Position numbers and translations under genes: made by a program | Assembly (NCBI GenBank): GCA_009914755.4 | Contig: CP068257.2 | Span: 704,001-768,000, forward strand | Direction: 5' to 3' | Length of the DNA stretch: 64,000 nt | DNA from: the human T2T-CHM13v2.0 reference genome, Homo sapiens | The notes under the pieces: model-generated | Told to the model about the DNA's origin: nothing | The model's input: the letters and a program-made list of their open reading frames with translations, nothing else | Databases searched by the model: none | Shown: one piece after another, positions 1-13,584 of the stretch | How the letters are laid out: every line of letters starts with the position of its first letter | How positions within the stretch are numbered: position 1 is the first letter of the stretch

Positions 1-110
1 ACTCTTGTCTAGCCTCTGCTTTCACGGCATATTGTGATATATCCATGCGCTGATCACCTTAGTGATGTAACACTTGTGTAGGCTCGGCCTACAGGGGAAT
101 ATTGACATAT
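1..110. repeat. H0: partial HOR copy (3' tail only). Equivalent to the tail of H2 at 1841-1948.
   Basis: Sequence 1-110 matches 1839-1948 apart from a few substitutions. Confidence 0.85.
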
Positions 111-1948
111 CTCTGCACTGTTAACCGAGGTGATTTAAATCTTGTCTAGGCTGTGCCCACAGGGGGATTGAGACATGTCTCTGCACTGATCCCGAGGTGA
201 TCCAACTGTTGCCTGGTCTCTGCCTACTGGGGACATTGTGACATATCACTGCACTGATCACCCAGGAGAGATAAATCTTGTCTAGGCTCTGCCTACAAAG
301 GCCTTGTGACATATCTCTGCACTGATCACCCAGGTGATATAACTCTTCTCTAGGATCTGACCACAGGGTGCTTTGTGGCATTTCCCTGCAATGATCACCC
401 AGGTGATATACCACTTGCCAAGGCTCTGCCTACAGGGGCATTGCAATGTATCTCTGCACTGATCACCTCGGTCTTGTAACTCTATTCTAGGATCTGCCCA
501 CAGGGTGCCTTGTGACGTATCCCAGCAGGGATTACCCAGGTGATGTACCTCTCATCAAGGCTCTGCCTACAGGCACATTGTGATGTATCTCTGCACTGAT
601 CACCTAGGTCATGTAACTTTTGTCTAGGCTCTGCCTACGATGGCATTGTGACATATCTCTGCACTAATCATCCAAGTGATGTAACCCTTGTCTAGGATCT
701 GCCTAAATTAACTTTGTGACATAACCCTGTACTGATCATCCAGGTGATGGGGCTTTTGTCTAGGCTCTGCCTAAGGGGGCATTGTGACATATTTCTGCAT
801 TGATCACCCAGGTGGCGAACTCTTCTCTTGGATCTGCCTATGGGGGCATTGTGACAAATCTCTGCACTGATCACCCAGGTGATGTAACTGTTGTGTAACC
901 TCTGCCTACAGGGGAATTGTGAGAGATCTCGCCACTGATCACCCAAGTGATGTAACCATTGTCTAGGCTTTGCGTACAGGGGGCTTTGTGACATACCTTT
1001 GCACTGATCACCCAGGTGATGTAACACATCTAAGTTAGGCCTAAAGGAGCTTTGTGACATATCTCTGCACTGATCACTTAGGTGATGGAACACTTTTATA
1101 AGCACTGCCTACAGCGAATTTTGACAAATCTCTGCACTGATCACCTAGGTGATGTAACGCTTGTCTACCCTCTGTCCAACGGGGCATTGTGAAATATCTC
1201 TGCACTGATCACCCAGGTGATTCAACTCTTGACTAGTGTCTGCCTACAGAGGTTATTGTGAAATATCTCTGCACTGATAAACTAGGTGGTGTAATCCTTA
1301 TCGAAGCTCTGCCTACAGGGGCGTTTTCACATATCCCTGAAGTGATGACAAGGGTGATGTAACTCTTGCCTAGGCTTTGCCTACAGGGGACATAGGACAT
1401 ATATCTGCACTGATCACCCAGTTGATGCAACTGTAGCCTAGGCTTTGCCTACAGGGGACATTGTGACATATCGCTTCAATGATCACCCATGTGATGCAAC
1501 TCTTGCCTAGGCTTTGCCTACAGGGGACATTGTGACATATCTCAGCACTGATGTCCCAGGTGCTGTAACATTAGTCCAGACTCTGGCTACACGGCATTGT
1601 GACATATCACTGCACTGATCAACCAGGTGATATAACTCTTGTCTAGGCTCTGCCTACAGGGGGCTTGTGACATATCCCTGCAATGATCACCCAGGTGATC
1701 TAACTCTTGTTTAAGCTCTGCCTAAAGGGGCATTGTGACAGATCTCTGCACTGATCACTCAGGTGATGTAACTATTGTCTAGGCTCTGCTTAAAGGGGCC
1801 TCGTCACATACCTCTGCACTGATCACCCAGGTGATGTAACTCTTGTCTAGCCTCTGCTTTCACGGCATATTGTGACATATCCATGCGCTGAACACCTTAG
1901 TGATGTAACACTTGTGTAGGCTCGGCCTACAGGGGAATGTTGACATAT
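111..1948. repeat. H1: HOR copy, 1838 bp, about 27 monomers, f-like subtype. Lacks two monomers present in 29-mer copies.
   Basis: Landmark monomer 'ctctgcactgttaaccgagg' at 111, next at 1949. The 'ctcccaggtgctgtaacttt' monomer is missing after 246 and the 'ctttgcgacatat' monomer is missing near 1670. Carries the 'cccaggagagataaat' variant shared with H9 at 15781. Confidence 0.85.
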
Positions 1949-2016
1949 CTCTGCACTGTTAACCGAGGTGATTTAACTCGTGTCAAGGCTGTGCCCACAG
2001 GGGGATTGAGACATGT
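1949..2016. other. Landmark monomer (example copy). Its GATC site is replaced by GTTAAC (HpaI-like) and it carries 'CCGAGG'. Occurs once per HOR and was used here as the HOR phase anchor.
   Basis: 'ctctgcactgttaaccgaggtgatttaactc' is seen exactly once per ~1.9-2.1 kb, at 111, 1949, 3924 and so on through 62647. Confidence 0.9.
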
Positions 2017-3377
2017 CTCTGCACTGATCCCGAGGTGATCCAACTGTTGCCTGGTCTCTGCCTACTGGGGACATTGTGACATATCTCTGCACTGATCTCC
2101 CAAGTGCTGTAACTTTAGTCTAGGCTCTGGCTACACGGCATTGTGACATATCACTGCACTGATCACCCAGGTGATATAAATCTTGTCTAGGCTCTGCCTA
2201 CAATGGCCTTGTGACATATCACTGCACTGATCACCCAGGTGATATAACTCTTCTCTAGGATCTGACCACAGGGTGCTTTGTGGCATTTCCCTGCAATGAT
2301 CACCCAGGTGATATACCACTTGCCAAGGCTCTGCCTACAGGGGCATTGCAATGTATCTCTGCACTGATCACCTCGTTCTTGTAACTCTTTTCTAGGATCT
2401 GCCCACAGGGTGCCTTGTGACGTATCCCAGCAAGGATTACCCAGGTGATGTACCTCTCATCAAGGCTCTGCCTACAGGCACATTGCGATGTATCTCTGCA
2501 CTGATCACCTAGGTCATGTAACTTTTGTCTAGGCTCTGCCTACGATGGCATTGTGACATATCTCTGCACTAATCATCCAAGTGATGTAACCCTTGTCTAG
2601 GATCTGCCTAAATTAACTTTGTGACATAACCCTTTACTGATCATCCAGGTGATGGGGCTTTTGTCTAGGCTCTGCCTTAAGGGGGCATTGTGACATATTT
2701 CTGCATTGATCACCCAGGTGGCGAACTCTTCTCTTGGATCTGCCTATGGGGGCATTGTGACAAATCTCTGCACTCATCACCCAGGTGATGTAACTGTTGT
2801 GTAACCTCTGCCTACAGGGGAATTGTGAGAGATCTCGCCACTGATCACCCAAGTGATGTAACCATTGTCTAGGCTTTGCGTACAGGGGGCTTTGTGACAT
2901 ACCTTTGCACTGATCACCCAGGTGATGTAACACATCTATGTTCGACCTAAAGGAGCTTTGTGACATATCTCTGCACTGATCACTTAGGTGATGGAACACT
3001 TTTATAAGCACTGCCTACAGGGAATTTTGACAAATCTCTGCACTGATCACCTAGGTGATGTAACGCTTGTCTACCCTCTGTCCAACGGGGCATTGTGAAA
3101 TATCTCTGCACTGATCACCCAGGTGATTCAACTCTTGACTAGGATCTGCCTACAGAGGTTATTGTGAAATATCTCTGCACTGATAAACTAGGTGGTGTAA
3201 TCCTTATCGAAGCTCTGCCTACAGGGGCGTTTTCACATATCCGTGAAGTGATGACAAAGGTGATGTAACCCTTGCCTAGGCTTTGTCTACAGGGGACATA
3301 GAACATATATCTGCACTGATCACCCACGTGATGCAACTCTAGCCTAGGCTTTGCCTACAGGGGACATTGTGACATAT

Positions 3378-3446
3378 CGCTTCAATGATCACCCATGTGA
3401 TGCAACTCTTGCCTAGGCTTTGCCTACAGGGGACATTGTGACATAT
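3378..3446. repeat. Reference copy of the monomer that is absent from d-form 28-mer HORs (H7, H21, H27, H32).
   Basis: The monomer 'cgcttcaatgatcacccatgtgatgcaactcttgcctaggctttgcctacaggggacattgtgacatat' follows a near-identical monomer in 29-mers. In H7, near 13060-13110, only one monomer of this pair is present. Confidence 0.8.
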
Positions 3447-3581
3447 CTCTGCACTGATCTCCCAGGTGCTGTAACATTAGTCTAGACTCTGGCTACACGG
3501 CATTGTGACATATCACTGCACTGATCAACCAGGTGATATAACACTTGTCTAAGCCCTGCCTACAGGGGGCTTGTGACATAT

Positions 3582-3650
3582 CTCTGCACTGATCACCCAG
3601 GTGATATAACTCTTCTCTAGGATCTGCCTACAGGGTGCTTTGCGACATAT
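3582..3650. repeat. Reference copy of the monomer that is absent from b-form 28-mer HORs (H1, H3, H6, H17, H20, H25).
   Basis: H2 reads ...ggcttgtgacatat[ctctgcactgatcacccaggtgatataactcttctctaggatctgcctacagggtgctttgcgacatat]ccctgcaatg. H3 reads ggcttgtgacatat|ccctgcaatg at 5554/5555. Confidence 0.85.
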
Positions 3651-3923
3651 CCCTGCAATGATCACCCAGGTGATCTAACTCTTGTTTAAGCTCTGCCTAA
3701 AGGGGCATTGTGACAGACCTCTGCACTGATCACTCAGGTGATGTAACTATTGTCTAGGCTCTGCTTAAAGGGGCCTTGTCACATACCTCTGTACTGATCA
3801 CCCAGGTGATGTAACTCTTGTCTAGCCTCTGCTTTCACTGCATATTGTGACATATCTATGCGCTGATCACCTTAGTGATGTAACACTTGTGTAGGCTCGG
3901 CCTACAGGGGAATATTGACATAT

Positions 3924-5827
3924 CTCTGCACTGTTAACCGAGGTGATTTAACTCTTGTCTAGGCTGTGCCCACAGGGGAATTGAGACATGTCTCTGCACT
4001 GATCCCGAGGTGATCCAACTGTTGCCTGGTCTCTGCCTACTGGGGACATTGTGACATATCTCTGCAGTGATCTCCCAGGTGCTGTAACTTTAGTCTAGGC
4101 TCTGGCTACACGGCTTTGTGAGATATCACTGCACTGATCACCCTGGTGATATAAATCTTGTCTAGGCTCTGCCTACAATGGCCTTGTGACATATCTCTGC
4201 ACTGATCACCCAGGTGATATAACTCTTCTCTAGGATCTGACCACAGGGTGCTTTGTGGCATTTCCCTGCAATGATCACCCAGGTGAAATACCACTTGCCA
4301 AGGCTCTGCCTACAGGGGCATTGCAATATATCTCTGCACTTATCACCTCGGTCTTGCAACTCTTTTCTAGGATCTGCCCACAGGGTGCCTTGTGACGTAT
4401 CCCAGCAAGGATTACCCAGGTGATGTACCTCTCATCAAGGCTCTGCCTACAGGCACATTGCGATGTATCTCTGCACTGATCACCTAGGTCATGTAACTTT
4501 GTCTAGGCTCTGCCTACGATGGCATTGTGACATATCTCTGCACTAATCATCCAAGTGATGTAACCCTTGTCTAGGATCTGCCTAAATTAACTTTGTGACA
4601 TAACCCTGTACTGATCATCCAGGTGATGGGGCTTTTGTCTAGGCTCTGCCTAAGGGGGCATTGTGACATATTTCTGCATTGATCACCCAGGTGGCGAACT
4701 CTTCTCTTGGATCTGCCTATGGGGGCATTGTGACAAATCTCTGCACTGATAACCAAGGTGATGTAACGGTTGTGTAACCTCTGCCTACAGGGGAATTGTG
4801 AGAGATCTCGCCACTGATCACCCAAGTGATGAAACCATTGTCTAGGCTTTGCGTACAGGGGGCTTTGTGACATACCTTTGCACTGATCACCCAGGTGATG
4901 TAACACATCTAAGTTCGGCCTAAAGGAGCTTTGTGACATATCTCTGCACTGATCACTTAGGTGATGGAACACTTTTATAAGCACTGCCTACAGGGAATTT
5001 TGACAAATCTCTGCACTGATCACCTAGGTGATGTAACGCTTGTCTACCCTCTGTCCAACGGGGCATTGTGAAATATCTCTGCACTGATCACCCAGGTGAT
5101 TCAACTCTTGACTAGGATCTGCCTACAGAGGTTATTGTGAAATATCTCTGCACTGATAAACTAGGTGGTGTAATCCTTATCGAAGCTCTGCCTACAGGGG
5201 CGTTTTCACATATCCCTGAAGTGATGACAAAGGTGATGTAACTCTTGCCTAGGCTTTGCCTACAGGGGACATAGGACATATATCTGCACTGATCACCCAG
5301 GTGATGCAACTGTAGCCTAGGCTTTGCCTACAGGGGACATTGTGACATATCGCTTCAATGATCACCCATGTGATGCAACTCTTGCCTAGGCTTTGCCTAC
5401 AGGGGACATTGTGACATATCTCAGCACTGATGTCCCAGGTGCTGTAACATTAGTCTAGACTCTGGCTACACGGCATTGTGACATATCACTGCACTGATCA
5501 ACCAGGTGATATAACTCTTGTCTAGGCTCTGCCTACAGGGGGCTTGTGACATATCCCTGCAATGATCACCCAGGTGATCTAACTCTTGTTTAAGCTCTGC
5601 CTAAAGGGGCATTGTGACAGATCTCTGCACTGATCACTCAGGTGATGTAACTATTGTCTAGGCTCTGCTTAAAGGGGCCTTGTCACATACCTCTGCACTG
5701 ATCACCCAGGTGATGTAACTCTTGTCTAGACTCTGCTTTCACGGCATATTGTGACATATCCATGCGCTGATCACCTTAGTGATGTAACACTTCTGTAGGC
5801 TCGGCCTACAGGGGAATATTGACATAT
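3924..5827. repeat. H3: HOR copy, 1904 bp, 28-mer, subtype b. Lacks the 'ctttgcgacatat' monomer; junction at 5554/5555.
   Basis: Landmark at 3924. Paired overlapping ORFs 4106-4294 (MVFHLGDH) and 4162-4359 (MQDRGDK). 137-aa ORF has the 'NRYITLVIS' variant. Confidence 0.9.
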
Positions 5828-7801
5828 CTCTGCACTGTTAACCGAGGTGATTTAACTCTTGTCTAGGCTGTGCCCACAGGGGGATTGAGACATGTCTCTG
5901 CACTGATCCCGAGGTGATCCAACTGTTGCCTGGTCTCTGCCTACTGGGGACATTGTGACATATCTCTGCACTGATCTCCCAGGTGCTGTAACTTTAGTCT
6001 AGGCTCTGGCTACACGGCATTGTGACATATCACTGCACTGATCACCCAGGTGATATAAATCTTGTCTAGGCTCTGCCTACAATGGCCTTGTGACATATCA
6101 CTGCACTGATCACCCAGGTGATATAACTCTTCTCTAGGATCTGACCACAGGGTGCTTTGTGGCATTTCCCTGCAATGATCACCCAGGTGATATACCACTT
6201 GCCAAGGCTCTGCCTACAGGGGCATTGCAATGTATCTCTGCACTGATCACCTCGTTCTTGTAACTCTTTTCTAGGATCTGCCCACAGGGTGCCTTGTGAC
6301 GTATCCCAGCAAGGATTACCCAGGTGATGTACCTCTCATCAAGGCTCTGCCTACAGGCACATTGCGATGTATCTCTGCACTGATCACCTAGGTCATGTAA
6401 CTTTTGTCTAGGCTCTGCCTACGATGGCATTGTGACATATCTCTGCACTAATCATCCAAGTGATGTAACCCTTGTCTAGGATCTGCCTAAATTAACTTTG
6501 TGACATAACCCTGTACTGATCATCCAGGTGATGGGGCTTTTGTCTAGGCTCTGCCTTAAGGGGGCATTGTGACATATTTCTGCATTGATCACCCAGGTGG
6601 CGAACTCTTCTCTTGGATCTGCCTATGGGGGCATTGTGACAAATCTCTGCACTGATCACCCAGGTGATGTAACTGTTGTGTAACCTCTGCCTACAGGGGA
6701 ATTGGGAGAGATCTCGCCACTGATCACCCAAGTGATGTAACCATTGTCTAGGCTTTGCTTACAATGGGCTTTGTGACATACCTTTGCACTGATCACCCAG
6801 GTGATGTAACACATCTATGTTCGACCTAAAGGAGCTTTGTGACATATCTCTGCACTGATCACTTAGGTGATGGAACACTTTTATAAGCACTGCCTACAGG
6901 GAATTTTGACAAATCTCTGCACTGATCACCTAGGTGATGTAACGCTTGTCTACCCTCTGTCCAACGGGGCATTGTGAAATATCTCTGCACTGATCACCCA
7001 GGTGATTCAACTCTTGACTAGTATCTGCCTACAGAGGTTATTGTGAAATATCTCTGCACTGATAAACTAGGTGGTGTAATCCTTATCGAAGCTCTGCCTA
7101 CAGGGGCGTTTTCACATATCCCTGAAGTGATGACAAAGGTGATGTAACCTTTGCCTAGGCTTTGCCTACAGGGGATATAAGACATATATCTGCACTGATC
7201 ACCCAGGTGATGCAACTCTAGCCTAGGCTTTGCCTACAGGGGACATTGTGACATATCGCTTCAATGATCACCCATGTGATGCAACTATTGCCTAGGCTTT
7301 GCCTACAGGGGACATTGTGACATAAATCTGCACTGATCTCCCAGGTGCTGTAACATTAGTCTAGACTCTGGCTACACGGCATTGTGACATATCACTGCAC
7401 TGATCAACCAGGTGATATAACTCTTGTCTAGGCCCTGCCTACAGGGGGCTTGTGACATATCTCTGCACTGATCACCCAGGTGATATAACTCTTCTCTAGG
7501 ATCTGCCTACAGGGTGCTTTGCGACATATCCCTACAATGATCACCCAGGTGATCTAACTCTTGTTTAAGCTCTGCCTAAAGGGGCATTGTGACAGACCTC
7601 TGCACTTATCACTCAGGTGATGTAACTATTGTCTAGGCTCTGCTTAAAGGGGCCTTGTCACATACCTCTGCACTGATCACCCAGGTGATGTAACTCTTGT
7701 CTAGACTCTGTTTCACGGCATATTGTGACATATCTATGCGCTGATCACCTTAGTGATGTAACACTTGTGTAGGCTCGGCCTACAGGGGAATATTGACATA
7801 T
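5828..7801. repeat. H4: HOR copy, 1974 bp, 29-mer, subtype a.
   Basis: Landmark at 5828. ORFs 6010-6198 ('DQCSDMSQ'), 6492-6731 and 7018-7215 ('MSYIPCRQ...GRY'). Confidence 0.9.
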
Positions 7802-9775
7802 CTCTGCACTGTTAACCGAGGTGATTTAACTCTTGTCTAGGCTGTGCCCACAGGGGGATTGAGACATGTCTCTGCACTGATCCCGAGGTGATACAACTGT
7901 TGCCTGGTCTCTGCCTACTGGGGACATTGTGACATATCTCTGCACTGATCTCCCAGGTGCTGTAACTTTAGTCTAGGCTCTGGCTACACGGCATTGTGAC
8001 ATATCACTGCACTGATCACCCAGGTGATATAAATGTTGTCTAGGCTCTGCCTACAATGGCCTTGTGACATATCTCTGCACTGATCACCCAGGTGATATAA
8101 CTCTTCTCTAGGATCTGACCACAGGGTGCTTTGTGGCATTTCCCTGCAATGATCACCCAGGTGATATACCACTTGCCAAGGCTCTGCCTACAGGGGCATT
8201 GCAATGTATCTCTGCACTGATCACCTCGGTCTTGTAACTCTTTTCTAGGATCTGCCCACAGGGTGCCTTGTGACGTATCCCAGCAAGGATTACCCAGGTG
8301 ATGTACCTCTCATCAAGGCTCTGCCTACAGGCACATTGCGATGTATCTCTGCACTGATCACCTAGGTCATGTAACTTTTGTCTAGGCTCTGCCTACGATG
8401 GCATTGTGACATATCTCTGCACTAATCATCCAAGTGATGTAACCCTTGTCTAGGATCTGCCTAAATTAACGATGCGACATAAACCTGTACTGATCATCCA
8501 GGTGATGGGGCTTTTGTCTAGGCTCTGCCTAAGGGGGCATTGTGACATATTTCTGCATTGATCACCCAGGTGGCAAACTCTTCTCTTGGATCTGCCTATG
8601 GTGGCATTGTGACAAATCTCTGCACTGATCACCCAGGTGATGTAACTGTTGTGTAACCTCTGCCTACAGGGGAATTGTGAGAGATCTCACCACTGATCAC
8701 CCAAGTGATGTAACCATTGTCTAGGCTTTGCGTACAGGGGGCTTTGTGACATACCTTTGCACTGATCACCCAGGTGATGTAACACATCTAAGTTCGGCCT
8801 AAAGGAGCTTTGTGACATACCTCTGCACTGATCACTTAGGTGATGGAACACTTTTATAAGCACTGCCTACAGGGAATTTTGACAAATCTCTGCACTGATC
8901 ACCTAGGTGATGTAACGCTTGTCTACCCTCTGTCCAACGGGGCATTGTGAAATATCTCTGCATTGATCACCCAGGTGATTCAACTCTTGACTAGGATCTG
9001 CCTACAGAGGTTATTGTGAAATATCTCTGCACTGATAAACTAGGTGGTGTAATCCTTATCGAAGCTCTGCCTACAGGGGCATTTTCACATATCCCTGAAG
9101 TGATGACAAAGGTGATGTAACCCTTGCCTAGGCTTTGTCTACAGGGGACATAGAACATATATCTGCACTGATCACCCAGGTGATGCAACTCTAGCCTAGG
9201 CTTTGCCTACAGGGGACATTGTGACATATCGCTTCAATGATCACCCATGTGATGCAACTCTTGCCTAGGCTTTGCCTACAGGGGACATTGTGACATATCT
9301 CTGCACTGATCTCCCAGGTGCTGTAACATTAGTCTAGGCTCTGGCTACACGGCATTGTGACATATCACTGCACTGATCAACCAGGTGATATAACTCTTGT
9401 CTAGGCCCTGTCTACAGGGGGCTTGTGACATATCTCTGCACTGATCACCCAGGTGATATAACTCTTCTCTAGGATCTGCCTACAGGGTGCTTTGCGACAT
9501 ATCCCTGCAATGATCACCCAGGTGATCTAACTCTTGTTTAAGCTCTGCCTAAAGGGGCATTGTGACAGATCTCTGCACTGATCACTCAGGTGATGTAACT
9601 ATTGTCTAGGCTCTGCTTAAAGGGGCCTTGTCACATACCTCTGTACTGATCACCCAGGTGATGTAACTCTTGTCTAGACTCTGCTTTCACGGCATATTGT
9701 GACATATCTATGCGCTGATCACCTTAGTGATGTAACACTTGTGTAGGCTCGGCCTACAGGGGAATATTGACATAT
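7802..9775. repeat. H5: HOR copy, 1974 bp, 29-mer, subtype c.
   Basis: Landmark at 7802. ORFs 8450-8632 ('RRVCHLGDQ', 'CRIVNLGRS') and 8991-9188 ('MFYVPCRQ'). Confidence 0.9.
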
Positions 9776-11679
9776 CTCTGCACTGTTAACCGAGGTGATT
9801 TAAATCTTGTCTAGGCTGTGCCCACAGGGGAATTCAGACATGTCTCTGCACTGATCCCGAGGTGATCCAACTGTTGCCTGGTCTCTGCCTACTGGGGACA
9901 TTGTGACATATCTCTGCACTGATCTCCCAGGTGCTGTAACTTTAGTCTAGGCTCTGGCTACACGGCTTTGTGAGATATCATTGCACTGATCACCCAGGTG
10001 ATATAAATCTTGTCTAGGCTCTGCCTACAATGGCCTTGTGACATATCTCTGCACTGATCACCCAGGTGATATAACTCTTCTCTAGGATCTGACCACAGGG
10101 TGCTTTGTGGCATTTCCCTGCAATGATCACCCAGGTGAAATACCACTTGCCAAGGCTCTGCCTACAGGGGCATTGCAATATATCTCTGCACTGATCACCT
10201 CGGTCTTGCAACTCTTTTCTAGGATCTGCCCACAGGGTGCCTTGTGACGTATCCCAGCAAGGATTACCCAGGTGATGTACCTCTCATCAAGGCTCTGCCT
10301 ACAGGCACATTGCGATGTATCTCTGCACTGATCACCTAGGTCATGTAACTTTTGTCTAGGCTCTGCCTACGATGGCATTGTGACATATCTCTGCACTAAT
10401 CATCCAAGTGATGTAACCCTTGTCTAGGATCTGCCTAAATTAACTTTGTGACATAACCCTGTACTGATCATCCAGGTGATGGGGCTTTTGTCTAGGCTCT
10501 GCCTAAGGGGGCATTGTGACATATTTCTGCATTGATCACCCAGGTGGCGAACTCTTCTCTTGGATCTGCCTATGGGGGCATTGTGACAAATCTCTGCACT
10601 GATAACCCAGGTGATGTAACGGTTGTGTGACCTCTGCCTACAGGGGAATTGTGAGAGATCTCGCCACTGATCACCCAAGTGATGAAACCATTGTCTAGGC
10701 TTTGCGTACAGGGGGCTTTGTGACATACCTTTGCACTGATCACCCAGGTGATGTAACACATCTAAGTTCGGCCTAAAGGAGCTTTGTGACATATCTCTGC
10801 ACTGATCACTTAGGTGATGGAACACTTTTATAAGCACTGCCTACAGGGAATTTTGACAAATCTCTGCACTGATCACCTAGGTGATGTAACGCTTGTCTAC
10901 CCTCTGTCCAACGGGGCATTGTGAAATATCTGTGCACAGATCACCCAGGTGATTCAACTCTTGACTAGGATCTGCCTACAGAGGTTATTGTGAAATATCT
11001 CGGCACTGATAAACTAGGTGGTGTAATCCTTATCGAAGCTCTGCCTACAGGGGCGTTTTCACATATCCCTGAAGTGATGACAAAGGTGATGTAACTCTTG
11101 CCTAGGCTTTGCCTACAGGGGACATAGGACATATATCTGCACTGATCACCCAGGTGATGCAACTGTAGCCTAGGCTTTGCCTACAGGGGACATTGTGACA
11201 TATCGCTTCAATGATCACCCATGTGATGCAACTCTTGCCTAGGCTTTGCCTACAGGGGACATTGTGACATATCTCAGCACTGATGTCCCAGGTGCTGTAA
11301 CATTAGTCTAGACTCTGGCTACACGGCATTGTGACATATCACTGCACTGATCAACCAGGTGATATAACTCTTGTCTAGGCTCTGCCTACAGGGGGCTTGT
11401 GACATATCCCTGCAATGATCACCCAGGTGATCTAACTCTTGTTTAAGCTCTGCCTAAAGGGGCATTGTGACAGACCTCTGCACTGATCACTCAGGTGATG
11501 TAACTATTGTCTAGGCTCTGCTTAAAGGGGCCTTGTCACATACCTCTGCACTGATCACCCAAGTGATGTAACTCTTGTCTAGACTCTGTTTCACGGCATA
11601 TTGTGACATATCTATGCGCTGATCACCTTAGTGATGTAACACTTGTGTAGGCTCGGCCTACAGGGGAATATTGACATAT
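9776..11679. repeat. H6: HOR copy, 1904 bp, 28-mer, subtype b.
   Basis: Landmark at 9776. ORFs 9958-10146 (MVFHLGDH), 10014-10211 (MQDRGDQ) and 10424-10837 ('RSHNRYITWVIS'). Confidence 0.9.
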
Positions 11680-13584
11680 CTCTGCACTGTTAACCGAGGT
11701 GATTTAACTCTTGTCTAGGCTGTGCCCACAGGGGGATTGAGACATGTCTCTGCACTGATCCCGAGGTGATCCAACTGTTGCCTGGTCTCTGCCTACTGGG
11801 GACATTGTGACATATCTCTGCACTGATCTCCCAGGTGCTGTAACTTTAGTCTAGGCTCTGGCTACACGGCATTGTGACATATCACTGCACTGATCACCCA
11901 GGTGATATAAATCTTGTCTAGGCTCTGCCTACAATGGCCTTGTGACATATCTCTGCACTGATCACCCAGGTGATATAACTATTCTCTAGGATCTGACCAC
12001 AGGGTGCTTTGTGGCATTTCCCTGCAATGATCACCCAGGTGATATACCACTTGCCAAGGCTCTGCCTACAGGGGCATTGCAATGTATCTCTGCACTGATC
12101 ACCTCGGTCTTGTAACTCTTTTCTAGGATCTGCCCACAGGGTGCCTTGTGACGTATCCCAGCAAGGATTACCCAGGTGATGTACCTCTCATCAAGGCTCT
12201 GCCTACAGGCACATTGCGATGTATCTCTGCTCTGATCACCTAAGTCATGTAACTTTTGTCTAGGCTCTGCCTACGATGGCATTGTGACAAATCTCTGCAC
12301 TAATCATCCAAGTGATGTAACACTTGTCTAGGATCTGCCTAAAGTAACTTTGTGACATAACCCTGTACTGATCATCCAGGTGATGCGGCTTTTGTCTAGG
12401 CTCTGCTTAAGGGGGCATTGTGACATATTTCTGCATTGATCACCCAGGTGGCGAACTCTTCTCTTGGATCTGCCTATGGGGGCATTGTGACAAATCTCTG
12501 CACTGATCACCCAGGTGATGTAACTGTTGTGTAACCTCTGCCTACAGGGGAATTGTGTGAGATCTCGCCACTGATCACCCAAGTGATGTAACCATTGTCT
12601 AGGCTTTGCGTATAGGGGGCTTTGTGACATACCTTTGCACTGATCACCCAGGTGATGTAACACATCTAAGTTCGGCCTAAAGGAGCTTTGTGACATATCT
12701 CTGCACTGATCACTTAGGTGATGGAACACTTTTATAAGCACTGCCTACAGGGAATTTTGACAAATCTCTGCACTGATCACCTAGGTGATGTAACGCTTGT
12801 CTACCCTCTGTCCAACGGGGCATTGTGAAATATCTCTGCACTGATCACCCAGGTGATTCAACTATTGACTAGGATCTGCCTACAGAGGTTATTGTGAAAT
12901 ATCTCTGCACTGATAAACTAGGTGGTGTAATCCTTATCGAAGCTCTGCCTGCAGGGGCGTTTTCACATATCCCTGAATTGATGACAAAGGTGATGTAACC
13001 CTTGCCTAGGCTTTGCCTACAGGGGACATAGGACATATATCTGCACTGATCACCCAGGTGATGCAACTCTAGCCTAGGCTTTGCCTACAGGGGACATTGT
13101 GACATATCTCTGCACTGATCTCCCAGGTGCTGTAACATTAGTCTAGACTCTGGCTACACGGCATTGTGACATATCACTGCACTGATCAACCAGGTGATAT
13201 AACTCTTGTCTAGGCCCTGACTACAGGGGGCTTGTGACATATCTCTGCACTGATCACCCAGGTGATATAACTCTTCTCTAGGGTCTGCCTACAGGGTGCT
13301 TTGCGACATATCCCTGCAATGATCACCCAGGTGATCTAACTCTTGTTTAAGCTCTGCCTAAAGGGGCATTGTGACAGACCTCTGCACTGATCACTCAGGT
13401 GATGTAACTATTGTCTAGGCTCTGCTTAAAGGGGCCTTGTCACATACCTCTGCACTGATAACCCAGGTGATGTAACTCTTGTCTAGCCTCTGCTTTCACG
13501 GCATATTGTGACATATCTATGCGCTGATCACCTTAGTGATGTAACACTTGTGTAGGCTCGGCCTACAGGGGAATATTGACATAT
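11680..13584. repeat. H7: HOR copy, 1905 bp, 28-mer, subtype d. Lacks the 'cgcttcaatgatcacccatgtgatgcaac' monomer.
   Basis: Landmark at 11680. ORFs 12328-12741 ('DLTQFP', 'KSRITW', 'KVTLGRS') and 12869-13066 ('FVINSG...APAGRAS'). The stretch 13066-13584 is one monomer shorter than 3336-3923. Confidence 0.9.

Larger units (their letters stand above)
1949..3923. repeat. H2: HOR copy, 1975 bp, 29-mer, subtype a.
   Basis: Landmark at 1949. Track ORFs 2131-2319 ('DQCSDMSQ' variant), 2634-3011 ('KAEPRQKPHHLDDQ') and 3139-3336. Confidence 0.9.
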
